DNA of 64,000 bases from Sphyrna mokarran (taxonomy: Eukaryota), in assembly GCA_024679065.1 (NCBI GenBank), contig JAGIQG010000014.1, forward strand, positions 32,550,001-32,614,000. Reading direction: 5' to 3'. Shown in pieces: positions 39,331-50,587 of this stretch. The position numbers and the translations under genes were made by a program. The notes beneath the pieces were generated by a model. The model was not told where the DNA came from, made no database searches, and saw only the letters and a list, made by a program, of their open reading frames with translations. Within the stretch, counting starts at the first letter, position 1, and every line of letters starts with the position of its first letter.

Positions 39331-41339
39331 TCCAGAGTGCCTGTGGTCCTTAATTATGCTGGCTGCTTTTCCAAGGCAACACAAAATGCAGACAGTATCA
39401 ATGGGTTTGAGTGATGGACTGGGTTTCGTTCACAACCCTTTGTAGTTTCTTGCAGTCTTGGATAGAGCAGGAGCCATACCAAGCTGTGATACAACCAGAA
39501 AGAATGCTTTCTATAGGCATCTGCAAAAGTTGATGAGTGTTATCGTAGGCATACCAAATTTCCTTAGTTTTTCTGAGAAAGCTGAAGTATTGAGATGGGT
39601 TTTTTTTAACTATAGTGTTGGCACGGGTGGGTACCAATACAGGTTGTTGGCGAGCTGGACATCTAAAAAAACTGAAGCTTATGACCATTTCTACTTCATC
39701 CCCATTGATGTAGACAGTGGCATGCCCTTCACTATGCTTCCTGGAGTCGATGACGATCTTTGTTTTGTTGAGGGAGAGATTGTCATCGCACCAGATTCAC
39801 TGTCTTCTTCCTTACTCTACCTCATCATGTTTGAGTTCCAACCCACTTCGGAAGTCATCAAAAAAACTTGAAAATCAAGTTGGAAGGGAATCTGGCCACT
39901 CAGTCATACGTTACAAGGAATAAAGTACGGGGCTGAGGACACGGCCTTTCAGGGCACTGGTGCTGAGAATGATCATGGAGGCGTTGTTGCACATCCTTAC
40001 TGACAGCAGTCTGGGTGTTAGGAAGTTCAGGATCCAATCTAGGGAACAGCCGAACCCTAGGCCATAGAGCTTGGAGCTCAGCTTTGCTGAAATAATAGTG
40101 TTGAAGGCTGAATGTCGTTGATAAATAGGAGTCTTATATATGTGTTTTTGTTATCTAGTTGTTCCCGAGTTGAGTGCAGGGCCAGAGAAATGGCATCTGT
40201 TGTGGCAGTAGGTGAATTGTAGTGGATCCAGGCAGTCTGCGAGGCCAGAATTCATTAACCTTTCTAAGCATCTTATAATGGTAGATGCCAAAGCCATCGG
40301 GCAATTGTTATTAAGGCATGCTGCTTGGCTTTCTTTGGTACCAAGATGAAAGTTAACTTCTTGAAGTCGACAGGGATCTCAGATTGTTGTAAAGGGGTTG
40401 AAGATGTCTGCGAATACTTCTGTCAACTTATCCGTGCAGGATCTGAATCTCATCCGGGTATCCCATCCGGGCCAATCACTTTCCATGAATTGACCTTTGA
40501 GAAGGCTGCTCTAACATCAGTAATAGTAATCTCGGACGCAGGTTCATTTGAGGCTTTTGTGGAGGGGAAGTGGGGGTGGGCGGGGGCACTCTTGCTGACC
40601 TCTTGTTCAAAATGAGCATAGAAAGCACTGGGCTCATTAGCAAGAGATGCATTGGTGCTGGTGATTTTACATACCTTCATCTTGTAGTCTGTTATGTCTT
40701 GCAGACCTTACCATATTTGGTGTGGGTCCATATGGCTAGCCTGGGTTGTACTTATGGACGCCATATGTATCTGCCATGTACTTAAGGCATCCAGAACTCC
40801 TTAGGTCATACCTAGCTTTTTTTTTTAAATAGGTCAGTGTCACTTATTTGAGTGCCTCAGACCTAGACTTCAACAAACAGCAGATATCCTCGTTTATTGA
40901 GTTTGCAGTTAGGAAGCAGATTTGCTTCTTCTGCACACAGTTTTCTACACACTTACTAATGAAGTCACTGTAATGGCGTACTCATTCCAGCTGGTTGCAG
41001 AGTTTTTAAATACTTACCAGTCTAATGACTGAGCAGTCCCGTAGGAGATCATCCGATTCCTCAAACAAACACTGTACGACTTACTTTGATGGATTCTCCC
41101 ACTTCAGTTTTTGCTTGGAAGCTGGGAGCAGAATCATAGTCTTGTGGTCTGATTTGCCAAAGTGTGGACGGGTGATAGAGCAGTGGCCTAGGATGTTTGA
41201 GCCTCTGGTGAACAGGAGATCTGTCAGTGGTATCTTGGTAGGATGAGTTTGGCTTGATTGGATTCTCCGGACACGATGAACAAGGCCTGTGGATGTTTCA
41301 TCTCAAGGCTAATTGTAATGGTGTACATTTATTGCTAAA

Positions 41340-42570
41340 CCTTTGACCTTGCCATCAAAATGGCCCTGAAATATGTCAATTGCAGATTAGGAAATCTTCG
41401 GTCATTTCCTTTTATCATTCTCCACTCTCATCCCCCTTTCCACCACGAACACTACTTCCTTCTGTGTCCTGTTGTAAAAAATTTTGAACTGCACTTTCAA
41501 AATCCCATCAGCCTTTGATCCACCATTCAACACAACATTTCTGCAACTAACATTTTGAAGATTCCCCCTTCACATCCATCTTTAATGCCCATGTGCCTGT
41601 TAAAACCATTACTTATTCATTCACCTTGACTATTCTCCCTGGTAAAACCCTCATCTTCATTCCCTTAAATCCAAGAGGAGCAGACATGAAAGTTCACAAC
41701 AGACAGATACAGATCCAACTGGACCAAAAAAAAAGCACCATCAGGTTTTGCTTGTCTGCCAAAACCACTCACTATTTCAGGATCACCTGGAATATAAAGA
41801 TAACCCTTGATTTTCTCTACTGCAGACTACTTCCATAAATCTCACCCTAATCTCCTCCGCTCTCAAAACAAAAATGCACTTATTTGTCACCAAGATTGTT
41901 TCAATCCGTTTGCATGCCTCTGCCATATCAATTTCTTCTCCAAACCACTGTATCAAACTTCTTTCAAAACTTCCCTATGCCATAAGCCTGAAATTGTCCC
42001 TAGTTTCTCTCCAAGCTCGCCTTGTTCGTGAAACCCACATTCTATTCTCTCGATCCTGTTTCCATCTATCTGCTGACCAATGTTCCCTCTAATTTTCCGA
42101 CACACTGTGATCACTCTTGTGTTCTAATGAGCAGTCTGCTAAAACAGTTTCCTTGCCCCAATGTGCTTTAGCTTAAAGGGCCCACTTCTGATGTATGGCT
42201 TATTGTCTCCTATATAGCAAGTCCTGGAATGCTGTGAAGCTGTTCACTACGAAGGTTAGGGGGAACCAATTTCTGTTCTTGGCCCTCGCATCACCTCATG
42301 TTAACAGTTCGGCCTTCTCAGGTATCGCAGCCCACATTCAAATCTCCCTTCATCCTCACAAACTACGGTCCCAGCTCTCTCCATTGTCCAGCTGAGTTGG
42401 ACTGCACTTAACTGTTTCCATTTTTGTGTATCCAGTCCTAGCCAGAGAATCATCTGCAATAGCTTCTCATCCTGTGCATTACCTCTAGTGTCTACAAAGG
42501 ATCTATATCACTGGTCCCTTCCTATTTCTCATCCAAATATTGCTCCTCAGCAGCTCTACATCACCACTAC
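41340..42570 (+). mobile_element. Very old L2-like LINE remnant (probable further pieces at 45900-46070 and 47870-48035)
   Basis: C/T-rich; GSI.GPFLFLI RT remnant near 42500; L2-type tail near 48000. Confidence 0.5.
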
Positions 42571-42719
42571 TACATAGAATCATAGAATCACAATGCAGAA
42601 AGAAGCCATCTAGTCTGCACTCTCTGTAAAACAGCATCTTATCCAGGTCCATCCTCCCAGTCTTATCCCTGTGTGTTTACCATGACTAATCCACCTGCAT
42701 ATTTTTGGATATTCATATA

Positions 42720-45700
42720 TCTTGCTGGAAATTGAGGAACAAGAAGAGCACGCAGATACACATGTGGTTGCAGGGATGGCGTAGGAGAGAGGGTTTCGTT
42801 TACTTGGATAACTGGAGCACATTCTGGGGAAGGTGGGAGGCAACGGCTAAGATTGCAGAGCCTTTAGCTTTGATCACTGTCCACGAGGATTGTGCCAGAG
42901 GTCTGCAGAGTGACAAATATTGTTCCTCTCTTCAAGGAAGGACGTAAGAATGACCCTGATAATTACAGGCCAGTTAGTCTTATTTCAGTAGTTGGACAGT
43001 TAATGGAAAAGGTCCTGAGAATATAGGATTTATGACCATTTGGAAAGATGTATCCTAATCCGGGATAGTCAGCATGGATTCGGGGGGTGGGGGGTCTTGC
43101 CTCACACATTTGATTCAATTCTTTGAGGTGGTAACGACGTGTGTGGGTAAAGGTAGAGCAGTTCATGTCATATATATACACACATAGATTTAGTAAGGAG
43201 TTTGATAAGGTTCCTCATGGTAGACTCATGAAGAAAGTAAGGAGGTATGGGATAGAAGGAAATTTAGCTGATTGGATAAGTAACTGGCTATCTCATAGAA
43301 GACAGAGGATGGTAGTGGAGGAAAAATTTTCAGACCGGAGGCCAGTTACCAGTGGTGTACCACAGGGATCAGAGCTGGATCCTCTGCTATTTGAGAGTTT
43401 TATCAATGATATGGAAGAGAGGACTGAAGGGTGGGTTAGTAAATTTGCTAATGACACCAAGATTGGTGGAGTAGTGGACGAGGTGGAGGGTTCTTGTAGG
43501 CTGCAAAGAGATATTGATAGGATGCAAAGCTAGGCCAAAAGTGGCAGATGGAGTTTAACCCTGCTAAGTACGAGGTGATTCATTTTGGTAGGACAAACGT
43601 GAATGCAGATTACGGGGTCAATGGCAGAGTTCTGAGGAATGAGGAGGAACAGAGAGATCTTGGGGTTCATATTCACAGATCTCTGAAGGCGGAAGTAGCT
43701 ATGACTCTCTTACATTTAAGCAGGGACGGCGAGTGGGAGAGTTATGGTTACAGTAGCTGTGTGAATTTTATCGCTTCTATAACAGAGTGAGTTGCGCCTC
43801 CTCGATGGTCCTGCCAGGCAACATCACCATTATTTGGGCAAGCGGTGATGGCTAAAGCAATTGGCCAAGGAGCGAATCGCGGATGCAATTGCACGTCTGT
43901 ACCCAGTCAGACTGCAATTGCAAAGAGGTGGATTGAGATTGGCTTTCATCCATTCATGCACAAGAAGGCTCCATTCCTATTTGCCAATGTCAAGTAGCTG
44001 TGCGGATCTTCTGGTTTCTAGCGCACAGCGATTGTTGGGTTGTTCGTTGTTCGGTTGTGTGTGTTACTTAATAAAAACCACTTTGTAACCAGATGATGTT
44101 TTATGGATAAACGGCTCGGAGCAAACCAGCAAAAACTGACATACACGACAAACGCTTCTCAGTGGTGTAACTCAATCTGCTTGTCTGCAATTATGGTGGT
44201 TGTGGCCACATCATTCTGAGATCAATCCCTTCCGCGGGAGCCACCTGGTATCGTCTCCACGGGCACAGGAGATGGTATTCCATGACTGGCTGAGAAACAA
44301 ATAGCGGGAGCAACTTACACCTATCCTATGACCACTATCACCGGACTGCCAGCCAGGAGCGGTATCGCTGGAATAGTACTTGGTATGTTTCGCACAACTG
44401 TGGTTATCTTGGCGTTCTAGACCACAGTGAGTCAAAACTAACTGAGGTCCCGCAGGGTATTCAAGCCTTCAAGCTGGCAGATGATAGTCCTGAAGGGAAT
44501 CTGACTGGCCCAGAACTGCCAACACGCTTCTGTACCTGTAAACCCAGTAACATGAAAGAAACTTTGACTTGACAGGTCCCGTCCTGTCCCAGGGATAGTT
44601 GGTGATTTGCATGTGACCGATGCAATCGCGCCTATGAAGGTAGCAGAAACCTCACCGAGACCTCCAGCCCACACAACCAGCTTCGAGGAGGGACGATTAT
44701 ACCCGTACCTGGTGTGACGCAGCGATCGTGGTGCCCCGGCTCGTACCTGATGATCGCTGGCCAGACGATGACGGAAAGGAGAAGGTTCGGGTGTACCTCT
44801 AGAGACTCTTGTAAATAGATATTTGTCTTCCATGCCCCGAGAGGTCGGTGTGCTTAGACAGCGATGGGTGCAGCTCCCGGGTTGTGCGAGTGTGTTTCAT
44901 ACCACGGTTGCGTTTTCGGTATTGTTGGGTTGTTCGTTGTACGGTTGTGTGTGTTACTTAATAAAAACCACTTTGTAACCAGATGATGTTTTATGGATAA
45001 ACGGCTCGGAGCAAACCAGCAAAAACTGACATACACAACAAACGCTTCCCAGTGGTGTAACTCAATCTGCTTGTCTGCAATTATGGTGGTTGTGGCCACA
45101 TCGTTCTGAGATCAATTCCTCGTTTCTGCTAGTGGCCTAAGGGCTGTGATAACATCTGGTGGAAGACACTCTGATTCCATTCAGAAGTGCGTGGCACATG
45201 TCGACAAGCGACAATAAAACTTGGACAAGACGCCACTTGTCTTGTCCGAGCCACTCAAATGGATTGACTGGTGAAGAAGGCTTGTAGTGTGTTGGCGTTT
45301 ATTAACGGGGGATTGCGTGTAAGAACCATGGGTTTATGCTGTAACTATATGGGACCTTGGTGAGACCACATTTGGAATAGTGTGTGCAGTTCTGGTCATC
45401 TCACTACAAAAAGGATGTGGAAGCATTGGAGAGAGTGCAGAGGAGATTTACCAGGATGCTGCCTGGTTTGGACAGTAGGTCTTATGAGGAAAGGTTGAGG
45501 GACCTGGGGCTTTTCTCTTTAGAGCGGAGGAGAATGAAAGGCAACTTAATAGAAGTTTACAAGTTGATGAGGGGGATAGATAGAGTGGATATTCAGAGAC
45601 TATTTCCTCGGGTAAATGTAGATGTTACTAGGAGGCATAACTATAAAGGTTCATGGTGGAAGATACAGGAGGGGTGTCCAAGATAGATTCTTTACTCAGA

Positions 45701-45897
45701 GAGTGGTTGGGGTATGGAATGGACTTACTACTGTGATAGTGGAATCGGACACTTTAGGAATTTTTAAGCAGTTATTGGATAGGCACATGGAGCACACCAG
45801 AATGATAGGGAGTGGAATAGCTTGATCTTGGGTCGGGACATAGCTCAGCAAAACATCGAGGGCCAAACGGCCTGTACTGTACTGTTTTATGCTCTAT
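42720..45897 (+). mobile_element. CR1 LINE split by a foreign insert (pieces 42720-43689 and 45250-45897)
   Basis: VHIHRSLK | ATQ.D..VKKA collinear across the insert; RT motifs SGVPQGS and KFANDTK. Confidence 0.9.
44031..45120. repeat. 200-bp direct repeat pair (44031-44230 and 44921-45120), 5 substitutions, 890-bp period
   Basis: Base-by-base comparison, no indels. Confidence 0.97.
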
Positions 45898-46289
45898 CAT
45901 AAAGATTTCACCTCTATCACATGACACCAGCCTCAGTTCATCTGCTACTGAAATTTTCATCCATCCGTTTATCTCTAAATTTGAGTATGAACACACTTGT
46001 GACCAGCCTCTCATTTTCTACCTCAGTCAACTTGAGGCGACCCAAAATTCTGCTGCCCCTGTTATTGCTGACATATAGCAGGAAGACATATACAAATATT
46101 TTTAAATTGTCAGGGCAGCTTCATATTCATTCCCAGTTAGGCAATGTCACTATTATCAATTCAGAAGAACTTCAATAAGAACCCCAAGAAATAATTTAGC
46201 TGGCAACGTAACAAAAATATAACTCCAAATTTTTAATTTCAAATTTTAATATTCTATTGTATCTGAATAGATTGCATAATATTTGAAGT

Positions 46290-46590
46290 GTACTTATTAG
46301 TATCACAAGTCGGCTCACATTAACTCGGCTATTAAGATACCGCGAAAATCTCCTAGTCGCAACACTCAGGCACCTACTTCAGTACATTGAGGGAGAATTA
46401 TTTTTAGCATAGCCAAGGCGCCAAAACCAGCATGTATTTCAGACTGTGGGAGGAAACTGGAGCATGCACATTAGAGGAAACCCAAACAGACATGAGGAGA
46501 ACGTGCAGATTCCGCACAGACGGTAACCCAATCTGGGAATCCAATCTGCATCCCTGGTACTGTGAGGCAGCAGTGCTAACCACTGTGCCT
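46290..46590 (-). mobile_element. tRNA-derived SINE with a variant tail
   Basis: Head/core like the other V-SINEs but a different 3' part. Confidence 0.75.
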
Positions 46591-46696
46591 ATTTTTGAAA
46601 AGCGGTGGTAAGTCAATTTTGAAATGATATCTGTTGCACTTAATCCCTTTGCTATATTTTACTTTGGGAATAAATAATCAAGGGCATGATTTATTT

Positions 46697-47035
46697 TGAC
46701 ACAGTAGCTTAGTGGTTAGCACTGCTGCTTCATAGCTCCAGTGGAACCAATAGAACCTGGGTTTGATTCCTGGCTCGGGTCAATGACTGTGTGGAGTCTG
46801 CACATTCTCCTTGTGTCTGTGTGGCTTTCCTCTGGGTGCTTAGGTTTCCTCCCACAGTCCAAATGTTAGGTTGATTGGCCACGCTAAAATTGCCCGAGTG
46901 TACTGAGATGCATACTTTAGAGGGATTAGTGGGTAAAATATGTATGGACATGCGGGTAGGATCTGAGCGGGATTGTGGCCGGTGCAGACTCGATGGGCTG
47001 AAGGGCATCTTTCTGCACTGTAGGGTTCTATGATA
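46697..47035 (+). mobile_element. Full-length V-SINE/HE1-like SINE
   Basis: gtggttagcactgctgc head, ggtttgattcc B-box, tail ctgtagggttctatg. Confidence 0.9.
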
Positions 47036-48534
47036 CTTCTAAGAAACAATGTAACCACATTACATCTTTCATCACACAAGAGTTATAGTTAGCATTTATG
47101 TACAGCAATCAGGATTAATTAATACACGATGCCATCTCTGACTCTCTGATATAGCAGATAAAAATGCACGTTTTGCATCAGAGACTGATTCTGCTCTTGA
47201 GAACAGCCATTAAACTGTTAACAAGAATTACAGAATTCTGAAGTGCAGAAGGCTAGTTCCAATAAATTAGAACTGAAGTTTTTTTTCCATTACTGCTTAA
47301 AAATGATGACCTCCAATGAGTTGCAATTTCATTGGTACCATCAATCTTTGGTTATTTTACTCATGTGGTCATTCTTTGAGAGTTTAGACTCTAAACGTTA
47401 GGTGGCTTTCTGATCATGAAAGGTATCACAGGGAAACACAAGTAGCAATTCTAGGGCCACAAATAGCCTCATTCTACAATTCTGCAATCCATTAAAGATT
47501 GAAGAATTCTAGTTACAATAAATGTGTAATAAGCATGCTCTATCCAGTGAGATTCACAACAAAGCTTTTATAAAGACAGATCTTGTCAATTTTGTGAAGA
47601 TGCCCAGCACTTATGTCAAAAGTACTTTAAATTCTGAAACAGAGCTGAAGTAATCAGATTTTGGGATACACAGAAGGAAGTTACAATTAAAAGAAGTTTG
47701 CCATTATTTGTGATCTTGAATCTTCTAAGTGTTAATACAAAAATAAAATGAAAACGAAAACATTTGTTCCTGAGTTTCTCTCTTGTGCTTTGATATAAAT
47801 ATTCTTCATGAGGAAGTATGGAATAAGTTCAGCTACGTTGGCCCCACACACTGGAATTTCCTCCCTAAATTACTCTGTTTCATCTTCCTTTCCTCAAAAG
47901 ACTTTCCTCAGAATCTACTTCTTAATCAAGCTTTTGGTCTTGTCTCTTAGGCTTGGTGTCCATTGTTTCCTATATCTCTGTGAAACACTATGGAGCATGT
48001 TTATGCACATTGAAAGAGCTATACATAATTACAATTTGTTCAAATATTTTGACAGCTTAGTAATCCTGAAGTGATCTCAGCTAGGCCCCCTTACATTCCG
48101 CCTGAAAATTCAACAAAACACTGCTATCTTGAGCTTGCTCTGGTTTCCTGTGTTCCAAATGGTATAAGTCCAATGTGGGTGGTTTCATAGATAATGGTCT
48201 ACTTCTCTTTTTAATCTCTGGGATTCTATCAGAAGCAACTAAAAAATGTATAGCCTAGCCCAAGGAAATGTCACCACGGTATCAGGCAACACAGATTTTC
48301 TGCAATTAAAATTCAGGAAGTCTTAGGCATGCTGACTGCTGAAACAAAGTTACCCATTGGAAGAAATTTTCTTAACGTGTTTTCTTAGGCAATTTCCTTC
48401 ACTCACATATCTGATATGCTAGATCTTGTTGAAATAATTGCCCAGTGGTATTTAGCCCAATGTTGCGGAAAGAATTGAATCATGTTAGTGTAATTCGTGG
48501 CAGAGAGAGATCCTTACAGAATGTTTTAAAATTC

Positions 48535-48860
48535 ATTCATGGGATTATTGCTCATTCCCAGTTGCCCATGCAGACAGTTGAGAATCAACCATCTTGTTGT
48601 GAGCTCTGGAGTCACTATAGGCCAGGCTAGGTAAGGACGTCAGATTTCCTTCCCAAAAGGACATTATTGAACCAGATGGGTTTTTCCAATAGTCAACAAT
48701 GGTTTTACGGTCTTCAGTAGATTCTTAATTCCAGATTTTTAAAAATTGAATTTAAATTCCATCATCTGCCATGGCAGGATTCAAACCCAGGTCCGCAGAA
48801 CATTAGCTGAGTTCTAGATTAATAGTCTAGTGATAATACTACTAAGCCATCACCTCTCTG
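48535..48860 (-). mobile_element. Second SINE family (copy 2)
   Basis: Homologous to 2830-3072. Confidence 0.7.
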
Positions 48861-50208
48861 TTAGTAAATTGTTTCAGTGGTTATTGTTGTAAGAAATTCA
48901 AGTGACAACTCTGTTAATGATTCATACACAATTTTCTTTTATATCATGCTTCACTACGCTGATTGCAAATCAGTCTTCTATTTACTTTAAATGACATAGA
49001 AAGAACACACCTTGATTCCAAGGCTCTAACTATTTCAAGGAAATACTCCAAGACGAGAGAGCACTGCAATCCTCTAATGGCCACCTCCAGCCCTCTACAA
49101 TTATGGACCTCAAGAATGCTCTATCGTAAAAGGGAAACAACTTATTTTCTTAATACAATATTACAATCTTGACCCATGCCATGCTTAGGTACATAATACA
49201 TAGTCAGCATGTTCAACTGAGGGTGCATTTTTAGATGTTTCCCCAGTTTCTAATGTTTTCCAGCTTTGCTCTACAAATTTTTATTATACTGCAAGTGCAC
49301 AGGCCCAAATGTTTACTGTGTACCATAATATGGTACTTTAGCAAATAGTTTCTAATTAGGGAATTAGTTTATTTTTGACCTGATGTTTCAATGTACCACT
49401 CTTGTATTTCCAAACTGTTTATCCATATTTAAAACCAATATGATTTTCCACAGTTTTTGTCTCAGTAAAAAAAACATTGGGAGAGTTGGATTTTTAAATA
49501 AGTTTGAAATATTTAATATGCTGCTTATCTTTTGACCCAGCTTGGTTCAAGTCATCTTGACTTGAAAAGGAAACTTCATTTAATATGCAGGAGAATCTTT
49601 AGAATCTAGCCAGTTTTGAGATCCCTGCATTAAGTGATGGTATATTACTAGATAGCAACGTCACCTTATATACAAATCAGATGGATAGGGGTTGTATTCC
49701 AGTACCAGGTGGCAAAACACACTGCTGCCGTGAAATCTCAGATGTAAACTACATAAGGATAATTAAGCAGCCACATGATATCATGTGTAATTACTTCAGT
49801 TTGTACACTAAAGGAAGAATGTTTCAAGGACAATCTAGTGGTATCCTTCCATTCCCAAGGCTCTCTCTTACAGAATTGTTGTCTATGTGTTTTTAAAGGT
49901 TGTGCTCAACATAACTCCAGGATTCATTCACATGAAAGAGTACAAGTAGCAAAATCCCAAGATACATATTCCCTTGATTGTATTATTGGCTTTCATGGTA
50001 AGGGCAATGACAAATATGAGTGGCCATTGCACTTTTTGGAACTTTATAATGCAAACACTCTGAAGGATTACATTTTAGGTATTTCTTTTCAAAACATCCA
50101 AAAGGATGTACCAAATTTGCATCCCGCTGTTGCTCTCCATCAGAAAAAGGATATTTTTCAGCGTTTCAACAAAACAAAGTGATAATGATGGAAGAGTAGA
50201 CAACATGG

Positions 50209-50560
50209 TATCATAGAATCCCTATAGCGCAGAAAGAGTGCATCTGGCCCATCGAGTGTGCACTGACTCTCCAAAAGGGTATCCCATCCAGGCCCTTCCC
50301 TCTATCCTATCCCTGTAAGCCAACGCATTTGCTATGGTTAATACACCTAATCTATATATCCTTGGACTGTAAAAGAAAACCAGAGTATCTGGAGGAAACT
50401 CCATACAGACAAGGGGAGAACATGCAAATTTCATAGTAACCCAAGGCCGGAATTGAATCTAAATCTCTGGCATTTTGAGGTAGCAATGCTAACCACTATG
50501 CACCACAATGGAAGTAATCCAGATCCCTGGCATCTGATGCAGTGCTAACCACTGTGCACT
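50209..50560 (-). mobile_element. V-SINE/HE1-like SINE with duplicated head segment
   Basis: ctggcat...gctaaccact.tgcac occurs twice (50467-50503, 50527-50559). Confidence 0.85.
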
Positions 50561-50587
50561 GTAAATGGAAGGAATGAGAGATGGAAA

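Larger units (their letters stand above)
37330..41330 (-). mobile_element. Degenerate Rex1/Babar-like LINE (pieces 37330-37477, 38362-38482, 39331-41330) with two nested CR1s
   Basis: IESILSGCITAWYGSC..DCKKLQRVV and FYAHFE...GPDGIPG motifs. Confidence 0.75.

Noticed and set aside
44746-44780. Hammerhead-like ctgatga...ggaaa in the insert spacer
   Set aside because: Extra bases separate the possible stem II from GAAA, and no convincing helices I or III were found.
44438-44833. 131-aa ORF inside the foreign insert
   Set aside because: No recognisable motif; this length is unremarkable at ~50% GC.
44031-45120. Diversity-generating retroelement TR/VR pair next to an RT
   Set aside because: The five differences (t/a, g/a, t/c, a/g, c/t) are not confined to adenines of one copy, there is no target ORF, and the neighbouring RT is a CR1 LINE.
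46697-46780. tRNA gene
   Set aside because: tRNA-derived SINE head continuing into SINE core and tail; the same applies to the other SINE heads.
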